This document shows, piece by piece, positions 25,820-32,385 of a stretch of 64,000 bases of DNA (position 1 is its first letter; each line of letters begins with the position of its first letter). Below the pieces are notes generated by a model that was not told the DNA's origin, searched no databases, and saw only the letters and a program-made list of their open reading frames with translations. A program made the translations under genes and the position numbers. This stretch comes from Shigella phage JK55. The DNA lies in sequence record MK962758; one strand, given 5' to 3'.

Positions 25820-25892
25820 ATTTACAGAAGACCGTTTACAGCAATACTTATTAAATTTTTAGCGGAAAAATTGAAAGATGCGGTCTGGTAAT
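25820..25892 (+). ncRNA. repeated structured element, copy b (ACAGAAGACCGTTTACAGCAA ... CGGTCTGG)
   Basis: As above; closing stem AGACCG/CGGTCT. Confidence 0.4.
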
Positions 25893-25901
25893 ACTAAACA
25901 T

Positions 25902-25975
25902 GGTTAGGAAGCACATAAGGTATGTGCGGTCGCCTGTTAAGCGAATGGCACAGGGTTCGAATCCCTGACTAACCG
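25902..25975 (+). tRNA. tRNA-Asn (anticodon GTT)
   Basis: D-arm GCAC..GTGC, anticodon loop CTGTTAA, T-arm CAGGGTTCGAATCCCTG; no CCA encoded. Confidence 0.55.
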
Positions 25976-25986
25976 CAAAATTTAAA

Positions 25987-26075
25987 TGTGTCGTTATCCC
26001 GTAGATGGTAGCGGTGGGGACTGTAAATCCCTTGTCATTGAGACTCGGTAGGTTCGACTCCTACACGGCACACCA
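25987..26075 (+). tRNA. tRNA-Tyr (anticodon GTA), long variable arm
   Basis: Anticodon loop CTGTAAA, about 15-nt variable arm, T-arm GTAGGTTCGACTCCTAC, CCA encoded. Confidence 0.6.
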
Positions 26076-26080
26076 ATAAA

Positions 26081-26158
26081 GGTTATGTAGTTTAATTTGG
26101 TTAAAATACTCCCCTGTCACGGGAGATGATGAGGGTTCAAATCCCTTCGTAACCGCCA
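26081..26158 (+). tRNA. tRNA-Asp (anticodon GTC)
   Basis: Anticodon stem CTCCC/GGGAG with loop CTGTCAC, T-arm GAGGGTTCAAATCCCTT, CCA encoded. Confidence 0.6.
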
Positions 26159-26216
26159 ATTTTGAGAGGGCTATTTAGCCCCTCCCTTAAAGAGTTCTTA
26201 CGAGTATTCTTTAAAG

Positions 26217-26296
26217 GAGTAGAAGACCAAATACAGCAAGAATGTATGATATTTTCAAGCCAATTCAATTTTGAAAAAATTTAAAACTTGGTCTGG
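26217..26296 (+). ncRNA. repeated structured element, copy c (AGAAGACCAAATACAGCAA ... TTGGTCTGG)
   Basis: As above; closing stem AGACCAA/TTGGTCT. Confidence 0.4.
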
Positions 26297-26306
26297 CTCA
26301 ACAAAT

Positions 26307-26450
26307 TTACAGAAGACCGTTTACAGCAAAACTTAAACAATCTATTTCTCGGTAAAGAAAAGGCGAAGGTTCGATTCCTTCACTCGGCAGAGGTCGAGTT
26401 GGTGTAATGGTAGCACTTAAGATGATAAACAACGGTCTGGTAATTATCTT
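26307..26450 (+). ncRNA. repeated structured element, copy d, expanded; contains tRNA-like T-arm (GAAGGTTCGATTCCTTC) and D-arm-like segment
   Basis: Closing stem AGACCGTT/AACGGTCT; internal T-loop motif and TGGTGTAATGGTAGCAC D-arm-like segment, but no complete cloverleaf found. Confidence 0.35.
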
Positions 26451-26585
26451 TGTAGATAAGTTATTAAGCTTACCTGTGAGTATGCGACCACAAAGGGTGA
26501 AAGGGTAAATTCTAGATTTAAACCCAAAAAGTCACATCGCTACAGACCTTAAGCAAGTCTGGGTAGCTTATCTACAAAGATAATT
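26441..26585 (+). repeat. 19-bp perfect inverted repeat (TAATTATCTTTGTAGATAAG / CTTATCTACAAAGATAATT) enclosing 105 bp
   Basis: Arms at 26441-26460 and 26566-26584; candidate RNase III-type processing stem or miniature inverted-repeat element. Confidence 0.6.
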
Positions 26586-26589
26586 TAAT

Positions 26590-26665
26590 GGAAGTGTAGC
26601 AGAATGGTGATGCGGCAGACTTTTAATCTGACAGGCGATGGGTTCGAATCCCTCCACTTCTACCA
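26590..26665 (+). tRNA. tRNA-Lys (anticodon TTT)
   Basis: Acceptor GGAAGTG/CACTTCT, anticodon loop CTTTTAA, T-loop TTCGAAT with weak T-stem, CCA encoded. Confidence 0.5.
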
Positions 26666-26669
26666 AAAT

Positions 26670-26746
26670 GGTTCAGTCGCAGATAAGGTAATGCAAGGGT
26701 CTCATAAGCCCTATGAATGTGGGTTCGAATCCCATCTGAACCTCCA
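26670..26746 (+). tRNA. tRNA-Met or Ile2 (anticodon CAT), second copy
   Basis: Acceptor GGTTCAG/CTGAACC, anticodon stem AGGGT/GCCCT loop CTCATAA, T-arm GTGGGTTCGAATCCCAT, CCA encoded. Confidence 0.6.
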
Positions 26747-26748
26747 AT

Positions 26749-26823
26749 TGTGGGTTAGCATAAATGGTAATGCAAACGGCTGATAACCGTTAGAAGAGGG
26801 TTCGATACCCTCACCTACAACCA
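26749..26823 (+). tRNA. tRNA-Ile (anticodon GAT)
   Basis: Anticodon stem AACGG/CCGTT loop CTGATAA, T-arm GAGGGTTCGATACCCTC, CCA encoded. Confidence 0.6.
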
Positions 26824-26838
26824 AATTCAATAAAGTTG

Positions 26839-26867
26839 TTGACATTGAGATGTGACTACTTTATAGT
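26839..26867 (+). promoter_or_regulatory. sigma70-like promoter inside tRNA cluster (TTGACA-17-TATAGT)
   Basis: -35 26839-26844, -10 26862-26867; about 200 nt of non-tRNA sequence follows before the next tRNA. Confidence 0.55.
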
Positions 26868-27070
26868 ACCCTTAGTTTTCGTTGCGTAGCGTCTATTTTG
26901 CAAATTTAAAATAAATGCAAACGACAATGTTTTTCTGGCAGTAGCTTGATAGGCTAAACACCAGTGAGGTCTTCCAATCCCTCATCAAAGAATTTGGCGT
27001 ACTCGCCCACGGTATGATTAATAAGGTGGGCATCTTTAAGGGCTTTCTAAGAGAGTCTTTAAAGATTAAT

Positions 27071-27147
27071 GCACCCTTAGTTCAACTGGACAGAGCAAAT
27101 GACTTCTAATCATTGAGTTACAGGTTCGAATCCTGTAGGGTGCGCCA
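27071..27147 (+). tRNA. tRNA-Arg (anticodon TCT)
   Basis: Acceptor GCACCCT/AGGGTGC, anticodon stem AATGA/TCATT loop CTTCTAA, T-arm ACAGGTTCGAATCCTGT, CCA encoded. Confidence 0.65.
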
Positions 27148-27289
27148 ATTAGTTAGCAGATTACTTAGACGACCTAAGCGGGTCTTCCTGTAGGGAGGTG
27201 GTCTGTATCTCATGTTTTCCAGAACATGTAAATAATCTGAGAAGGGGCTTTACAGTGTTGAGATAATACGGTAAGTTTCGAATTATAGT

Positions 27290-27372
27290 ATGGGACGATG
27301 TTAAGACTCTAAGGCATGAGCAACGGCCTCCAAAACCGTTTCAAAGGGGTTCAACTCCTCCGTCCCATGCCA
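27290..27372 (+). tRNA. atypical tRNA-like gene (possible anticodon CCA in an enlarged 9-nt loop; isotype unresolved)
   Basis: Perfect acceptor ATGGGAC/GTCCCAT, T-arm AGGGGTTCAACTCCTCC, CCA encoded, but 83 nt long with about 7 extra nt between acceptor and anticodon arm; stem AACGG/CCGTT encloses CCTCCAAAA. Confidence 0.35.
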
Positions 27373-27385
27373 AAGTCTTATTAGT

Positions 27386-27473
27386 GGTAGGTAGCGGCTA
27401 ATGGTAGCCAAACTGTCTTGAAAACAGTTGCCACTGTAGAGATACGGTGAGGGTTCGACTCCTTTACTTACCG
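27386..27473 (+). tRNA. tRNA-Ser (anticodon TGA), long variable arm
   Basis: Anticodon stem ACTGT/ACAGT loop CTTGAAA, long variable arm, T-arm GAGGGTTCGACTCCTTT; no CCA encoded. Confidence 0.55.
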
Positions 27474-27730
27474 CCTAATAAGATTTAAAGCCAAGCTTCA
27501 TTCGGATGTTGCTTTGGTATCCCTCGTGTATTGTCGTACACACTAATAAAGCACCTAGTAGGTGTCACGGAGAAGAGATAATATCAAGCTCTCCAAAGGT
27601 TCTAGTCACCGGATTAAACAAGACTATGCAAAGACCTTTTTAGGTCTTTTTAGAGGGCTTCTAAGGTTATTACAGCTTGTTGTGGAACCTTGTTGCTTAG
27701 GTTCTTAGAAGTTCTCTAAAAAGGTTTAAT

Positions 27731-27808
27731 GGGAGATTGACGGTAATTGGTAAACCTATCTCGCTTAGAACGAGATGTTTGAGGGTTCGAATCCCTTGTC
27801 TCCTACCA
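27731..27808 (+). tRNA. tRNA with anticodon TAG (Leu by code) but short variable arm
   Basis: Anticodon stem TCTCG/CGAGA loop CTTAGAA, T-arm GAGGGTTCGAATCCCTT, CCA encoded; class-I length. Confidence 0.45.
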
Positions 27809-27815
27809 AATTAAT

Positions 27816-27891
27816 GCAGGTGTAGCAAAATGGTTATGCGGCTGACTCTTAATCAGTAAGACGATGGGTTCAATTCCCTCCACCTGTACCA
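27816..27891 (+). tRNA. tRNA-Lys (anticodon CTT)
   Basis: Acceptor GCAGGTG/CACCTGT, anticodon stem GCTGA/TCAGT loop CTCTTAA, T-loop TTCAATT, CCA encoded; paralog of tRNA-Lys(TTT). Confidence 0.5.
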
Positions 27892-27897
27892 AACAAT

Positions 27898-27973
27898 GGG
27901 GTCATAGTTTATATGGTTAAAATTCGAGTTTTGCAAACTTGGGAACTGAGTTCAATTCTCAGTGACTCCACCA
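27898..27973 (+). tRNA. tRNA-Ala (anticodon TGC)
   Basis: Anticodon stem CGAGT/ACTTG loop TTTGCAA, T-arm CTGAGTTCAATTCTCAG, CCA encoded. Confidence 0.5.
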
Positions 27974-27979
27974 ATTAGT

Positions 27980-28054
27980 GCATCCATAGTTTAAACGGGA
28001 AAATTACAGTCTTCCAAACTGAGGTTGAGGGTTCGATTCCCTCTGGATGCTCCA
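27980..28054 (+). tRNA. tRNA-Gly (anticodon TCC)
   Basis: Perfect acceptor GCATCCA/TGGATGC, anticodon loop CTTCCAA, T-arm GAGGGTTCGATTCCCTC, CCA encoded. Confidence 0.6.
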
Positions 28055-28060
28055 AACAAT

Positions 28061-28137
28061 GCTGCTTTCGTATAATTGGCTATTACACATCCCTTGTAAG
28101 GATGGAAATGCAGGTTCGAGTCCTGTGAGCAGCACCA
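28061..28137 (+). tRNA. tRNA-Thr (anticodon TGT)
   Basis: Anticodon stem CATCC/GGATG loop CTTGTAA, T-arm GCAGGTTCGAGTCCTGT, CCA encoded. Confidence 0.65.
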
Positions 28138-28140
28138 ATT

Positions 28141-28232
28141 CAGAGGTCAAGTGAAAGACCGCTGGTGTCAACTGAAGACCGTAACAAATTCCACGGAGTT
28201 GAGTTAGCGGCACAACTTCAGACCTCTTTCAC
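28141..28232 (+). ncRNA. structured non-tRNA element between tRNA-Thr and tRNA-Val (nested inverted repeats)
   Basis: AGAGGTC...GACCTCT outer inverted repeat, CTGAAG...CTTCAG inner repeat, contains the GAAGACCGT motif shared with copies a-d; no T-loop motif. Confidence 0.35.
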
Positions 28233-28307
28233 ACTCGCTTAGTTTATATGGTAAAACATCACCCTTACAAGATGAAGAAAAAGGTTCAAGTCCTTTAGTG
28301 AGTACCA
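28233..28307 (+). tRNA. tRNA-Val (anticodon TAC)
   Basis: Acceptor ACTCGCT/AGTGAGT, anticodon loop CTTACAA, T-arm AAGGTTCAAGTCCTT, CCA encoded. Confidence 0.5.
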
Positions 28308-28308
28308 T

Positions 28309-28386
28309 GTTCCAGTATCCCAATTGGCAGAGGATGCAAGCTCAAACCTTGTATTAGTGACGGTTCGAATCCGTCTTGGAACACCA
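28309..28386 (+). tRNA. tRNA with anticodon CAA (Leu by code) but short variable arm
   Basis: Acceptor GTTCCAG/TTGGAAC, anticodon stem GCAAG/CTTGT loop CTCAAAC, T-arm GACGGTTCGAATCCGTC, CCA encoded. Confidence 0.45.
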
Positions 28387-28405
28387 ATTTTAAGAGGCTA
28401 TTTAG

Positions 28406-28963
28406 ATGAGATATTTGAAGTATGCTTCATGGATTTTCTTAGCTTTACTAGAACCATTTGCAGCAACCCTAGCAGTCATCTTAGCACCTTTCGTAGTTCC
28501 ATTCTACAGTGAGAAGAAAGGGCATCTACCTTTTGGATTCAGATGGATGGAGACCTATGACAACCCGATTGATGGTGATAAAGGCCACGTTGAGAGATGG
28601 GCTAAGATTAGAAAGATTGGCAAGCTCGGTGTTTATATGCAGAGAGTTGGATGGCTCTGGAGAAACAAAGCTTATAACTTCTCTTACCATGTATTAGGAA
28701 GAGATGTAAAAGATGTTACTAAGTGGAAAGGTAATATCAACGTAAGTTCTGACCCTGAAGATAATCAGACAGGTTATCTCCTAATGTGGAACAACAATGC
28801 TTGGGGATTATTCGCTTTTATTCCGTCAATTAAAATCTTTGGTAAACAGTTTTACTGGAGAATTTATGTTGGATGGAAACTAAAAAGTGTTGTCCCAGAA
28901 GAAAGAGCATTCTCAAGGGAAAGAGTTATGTTGGCATTCTTTATTCATCCACTGAGAAAGTAA
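28406..28963 (+). CDS. hypothetical membrane protein embedded in tRNA cluster
   Basis: N-terminal hydrophobic segments (IFLALLEPFAATLAVILAPFVVPF); AAGAGG RBS 9 nt upstream. Confidence 0.55.
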   Translation: MRYLKYASWIFLALLEPFAATLAVILAPFVVPFYSEKKGHLPFGFRWMETYDNPIDGDKGHVERWAKIRKIGKLGVYMQRVGWLWRNKAYNFSYHVLGRDVKDVTKWKGNINVSSDPEDNQTGYLLMWNNNAWGLFAFIPSIKIFGKQFYWRIYVGWKLKSVVPEERAFSRERVMLAFFIHPLRK

Positions 28964-28971
28964 AGATTTAA

Positions 28972-29047
28972 AGGGGATTAGTTTACAAGGTTAAAACCTC
29001 GGTCTTTGAAATCGAAGAAGTTGGTTCAATTCCAACATCCCCCGCCA
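28972..29047 (+). tRNA. tRNA-Gln (anticodon TTG)
   Basis: Anticodon stem TCGGT/ATCGA loop CTTTGAA, T-arm GTTGGTTCAATTCCAAC, CCA encoded. Confidence 0.55.
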
Positions 29048-29049
29048 AT

Positions 29050-29128
29050 GCTCCATTACTCCAATTGGCAGAGAGGCCAGACTTAAAATCTGTGTTATGT
29101 ATCGGTTCGAATCCGATATGGAGTACCA
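29050..29128 (+). tRNA. tRNA with anticodon TAA (Leu by code) but short variable arm
   Basis: Acceptor GCTCCAT/ATGGAGT, anticodon loop CTTAAAA, T-arm ATCGGTTCGAATCCGAT, CCA encoded; D-arm paralogous to the CAA tRNA. Confidence 0.45.
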
Positions 29129-29133
29129 AATTT

Positions 29134-29209
29134 AGCGGTATAGCATAACTGGCAATGCAGCAGTCTCTGAAGCTGTCTTATTAAGGTTCAAATCCTTATG
29201 CCGCTGCCA
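29134..29209 (+). tRNA. tRNA-Gln (anticodon CTG)
   Basis: Acceptor AGCGGTA/TGCCGCT, anticodon loop CTCTGAA, T-arm TAAGGTTCAAATCCTTA, CCA encoded. Confidence 0.5.
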
Positions 29210-29240
29210 CTTCTAAGGGTTCTTACGAGAGTCCTTAAAT

Positions 29241-29316
29241 GTGGCCTTATCATAAATGGTAATGACCCATGCTGTGAACATGGTCTATACGGGTTCAAAT
29301 CCCGTAGGTCACCCCA
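29241..29316 (+). tRNA. tRNA-His (anticodon GTG)
   Basis: Anticodon stem CCATG/CATGG loop CTGTGAA, T-arm ACGGGTTCAAATCCCGT, CCA encoded. Confidence 0.65.
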
Positions 29317-29322
29317 ATTTAT

Positions 29323-29398
29323 AGTCCAAGTAGCTTATATGGTTAAAGCGCGTGTCTGAAAAACATGAGAAGAGGGTTCGAATCCCACTGGACTACCA
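29323..29398 (+). tRNA. tRNA-Phe (anticodon GAA)
   Basis: Anticodon stem CGTGT/ACATG loop CTGAAAA, T-loop TTCGAAT, CCA encoded. Confidence 0.55.
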
Positions 29399-29416
29399 AT
29401 TTCAAAGGTGCTTAAT

Positions 29417-30149
29417 GAAAGAGATGACAGAACAAGGTAAGGAGATTTTTAATCTCTTAAAAACCGGTAAAGGGTTTTCTAACCCACTTATTACTGGTGC
29501 AGCAGTTCTCGGTGGAACCGTAGCTGCTTCTACATCACTTGTAAGCTCTATTAGTTCTGTAACAGACCCTACAATGCAGGAGAAACTTGTTGCTGCTGGA
29601 CTTACAACAGTCCTTCTAAACAGCTTTACAACAAGCCTTACAAGCACTACAGCAACTACTAAAACTCTGACAGACTACGGTCAAAAGTCTATTGATGAGT
29701 TTTCATCACGTATGCAGGTAGCAAAGGGGTATTCCAATGTTATGGGTGCAGCAGGAGAGCAAGTTGGTTGTACACCATTCAGTGGTATCATGGGTGTTGC
29801 TACAGAGTATGGTCAAAAAGCTATTAACATGATGAACAGTACACTAGATAGTGTTAATGGTGTGTTAAGTGACTTACAAGATGCTATTGATAAGGGTCTT
29901 GATACTGTTTCTGATTTAGCTAATCAGGCTGTTAGTAAGATTAATGAAGGTATTTCAAAGATTACAGCTTATGCAGATGAAGTTGTGCAGATGATTGAAG
30001 AAGAAGCTTCCCTTATTGCAGAGTACCTTAAAACGAATATCAATGGGTTCTTAGCAGGTATCTTACCAGACTGGTTTGATGATGCCTGTAAAACTGGTGT
30101 GATTGACACTATTGCAACACCAGAAATGAAGAGCGCATTACAGAAATAA
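29417..30149 (+). CDS. hypothetical protein (Ser/Thr/Ala-rich N-terminal region) embedded in tRNA cluster
   Basis: Start moved to ATG 29417 (AAAGGTG upstream) because the track start 29352 lies inside tRNA-Phe. Confidence 0.5.
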
Positions 30150-30150
30150 T

Positions 30151-30243
30151 GGAAGATTAACCCTAAAAGGTAAGGGAGCAGTTTGCTAAACTGCCAGTAG
30201 CTGAGAAATCGGTGTACCAGTTCAAGTCTGGTATCTTCCTCCA
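30151..30243 (+). tRNA. tRNA-Ser (anticodon GCT), long variable arm
   Basis: Perfect acceptor GGAAGAT/ATCTTCC, anticodon stem GCAGT/ACTGC loop TTGCTAA, about 20-nt variable arm, T-arm ACCAGTTCAAGTCTGGT, CCA encoded. Confidence 0.7.
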
Positions 30244-30247
30244 ATTT

Positions 30248-30323
30248 GAATCCGTGACAGAAATGGATATGTGCCTGTCTGCAAAACAGGTTTATAAGGG
30301 TTCGAGTCCCTTCGGATTCTCCA
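30248..30323 (+). tRNA. tRNA-Cys (anticodon GCA)
   Basis: Perfect acceptor GAATCCG/CGGATTC, anticodon stem CCTGT/ACAGG loop CTGCAAA, T-arm AAGGGTTCGAGTCCCTT, CCA encoded. Confidence 0.7.
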
Positions 30324-30360
30324 AGTTATTTTACTCTCTCTCAATTAAAATAATAATAAT

Positions 30361-30420
30361 GCCCTGCTATAAGTATTCTTCCTTTCGCTACCGAAGAGTA
30401 TTTTTAGACAGGGCTTTTTT
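30361..30420 (+). terminator. rho-independent terminator closing the tRNA cluster
   Basis: GCCCTG...CAGGGC stem enclosing an inner hairpin, followed by TTTTTT. Confidence 0.6.
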
Positions 30421-30485
30421 ACAGAGTTATACTTTATAAGAAGGCTTATACAGTATGTCTCTGACGTACATTGTGGTTTCTCCTT

Positions 30486-30509
30486 GACGGTCTCTGTGCC
30501 GTCTTTTTT
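30486..30509 (+). terminator. rho-independent terminator (GACGG-loop-CCGTC + TTTTTT)
   Basis: 5-bp GC stem plus T-run ahead of the morphogenesis module. Confidence 0.5.
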
Positions 30510-30545
30510 AAGGAGAAACATGGTTAATTATTTGGAGAAAACATA

Positions 30546-30746
30546 ATGAGTGAGGCCGTTTATAAAGAACTTTATGAAGCTAACAAAAAGCTAGAATTTA
30601 TGCAGAACACTATCATGGCAATTGCAGATAGATTATCTGTAGCAACAGGTATTGATATCAAAGAAGCCTCTATGGATGCACTTCTTGATGCTGTTGATGC
30701 AAAGTTCGAAGTTAAGAAAGAAGAGACTGCTACAGACTCTGAATAA
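30546..30746 (+). CDS. hypothetical small protein upstream of terminase (small-terminase candidate by position only)
   Basis: 66-aa ORF immediately 5' of the large terminase gene. Confidence 0.35.
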   Translation: MSEAVYKELYEANKKLEFMQNTIMAIADRLSVATGIDIKEASMDALLDAVDAKFEVKKEETATDSE

Positions 30747-30767
30747 TTCTATTTGCGGAGGTGCTTA

Positions 30768-32369
30768 ATGGACTTAAATGCTGTTAAGCAGAAGCGAGTG
30801 GAAGATGTTAGGAAAGTCCTAGCTGGAGAGTTGGGGCTTTCTGATGAAGTAAAAGAAATTATCAAATCATTCGGTAAAGACCCCTCTAAATTCCTTCCAA
30901 CTCAAATTCTGACTTTATTAAGATACACACCAGACCAAGTTCGCCTTATCTTTAAGTTGATGACTGATAAGAACTATGTAGCCCCTCAGCCGGGTTCTCA
31001 AGAGGTCTTTTTAAACACTAATGCTGACTTGGTACTCTATGGTGGTGCTGCTGGTGCTGGTAAGACTGCTGCATTGTTAATGGACTCTTTAAGATTTATT
31101 GAAGACCCTAACTATAATGCTGTGTATTTCCGTCGAAACACAACACAGCTACAAGGTGGTTTATGGCCTGCTGCAAAGAAACTATTTGGTAAGTTTGGTG
31201 GGATTCCTCACGAGCAGAAAATGACTATTACATTCCCTTCTGGGGCAACTATCAAGTTTACCTACCTAGAACTTGAAAAGCACGCTGAAGGTCATCAGGG
31301 TATTGAATACTCAGCTATTTACTTTGACGAAGGTACACACTTTTCTGCTTCACAGATTTCATATCTACAAACCCGTTTACGTTCTGGTGCTGAAGGTGAT
31401 TCATACATGAAGATTTCCATGAACCCAGACAGAGACCACTTTATTTATGATTGGGTAGAACCATTCTTAGATGAAGAAGGTTATCCAGACCCTGAAAAGT
31501 GTGGTCGTATTCGTTGGTATGTAATGAATGATGGTGTGATGGTTTCTGATTGGGAGAGAGACAAGATTCTTGAAATGTTCCCTCTGGAGATTCCTCAAAC
31601 ATACACCTTCATCTCTGGTACGATTGATGATAACCCAATTCTTGACTTCTTAGAACCTAAGTACCGTGGTAAGCTGGAAAACAACACCCCTGTAAACGTT
31701 GCAAGACTTCGTTTCGGTAACTGGAAGGCTCGTGCAGAAGGTTCAAACTATTGGCAAAGGCAATGGTGTGAAATTGTTGATTCACTCCCAGAGGATGTAT
31801 TTGATGTTAGAGCATGGGACTTAGCAGCAACTTTACCATCTGAAATTAACCCTAATCCAGACTGGACAGCAGGTGTTAAGATGGGTAAATCTAAAAAAGA
31901 CGGTTGCTATTATATCATTGATGTAGTAAGATTTAGAGATAGACCCTCTGGAGTCGAAACACAAATTAATTTGACTGCTGAAAGTGACGGTAAGCGAACT
32001 GGTATTTTTATCCCTCAAGACCCAGGCGCTGCTGGTAAATCCTACGCAACATCCCTCATCAGGAAACTTGCCGAGAAAGGTTATCGAGCAAGAGCCAAAC
32101 CAACAAATAAAGATAAAGTTACCCGCTTTGCGGGGTTTTCTGCTGCTTCTGAAGCTGGACTTGTAAAAGTTTTGAGAGGTAGTTGGAACGAAGCTTATTT
32201 CCAAGAGCTTGAAGGCTTTTGTGGTGATGGCAAAACTAAAGATGACCAAGTGGATGCTACCAGTGATGCTTTCAACAGTCTTAACGAAGTTAAATTATTC
32301 AAGCCACCATCAATGGGTGCTCACACAGACTTAGTGAGAGGAAACCCATATGAGGGGCTTAGACGTTGA
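30768..32369 (+). CDS. terminase large subunit
   Basis: Walker A P-loop LYGGAAGAGKT near N-terminus; first gene of head module; start set at ATG 30768 behind GGAGG RBS (track start 30753). Confidence 0.75.
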   Translation: MDLNAVKQKRVEDVRKVLAGELGLSDEVKEIIKSFGKDPSKFLPTQILTLLRYTPDQVRLIFKLMTDKNYVAPQPGSQEVFLNTNADLVLYGGAAGAGKTAALLMDSLRFIEDPNYNAVYFRRNTTQLQGGLWPAAKKLFGKFGGIPHEQKMTITFPSGATIKFTYLELEKHAEGHQGIEYSAIYFDEGTHFSASQISYLQTRLRSGAEGDSYMKISMNPDRDHFIYDWVEPFLDEEGYPDPEKCGRIRWYVMNDGVMVSDWERDKILEMFPLEIPQTYTFISGTIDDNPILDFLEPKYRGKLENNTPVNVARLRFGNWKARAEGSNYWQRQWCEIVDSLPEDVFDVRAWDLAATLPSEINPNPDWTAGVKMGKSKKDGCYYIIDVVRFRDRPSGVETQINLTAESDGKRTGIFIPQDPGAAGKSYATSLIRKLAEKGYRARAKPTNKDKVTRFAGFSAASEAGLVKVLRGSWNEAYFQELEGFCGDGKTKDDQVDATSDAFNSLNEVKLFKPPSMGAHTDLVRGNPYEGLRR

Positions 32370-32385
32370 TAGCTAGGTGAGAAGA

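Noticed and set aside
26340-26400. Complete tRNA gene around the T-arm GAAGGTTCGATTCCTTC
   Set aside because: No 5' acceptor strand or D-arm can be paired upstream; only a T-arm plus a following hairpin is present, so it is reported as part of repeated element d.
29352-29416. Track start codon for the 29352..30149 ORF
   Set aside because: The first ATG lies inside tRNA-Phe; the internal ATG at 29417 with upstream AGGTG was used instead.
30212-30439. 75-aa plus-strand ORF
   Set aside because: Overlaps tRNA-Ser(GCT) and tRNA-Cys and the cluster terminator; no RBS; spurious.
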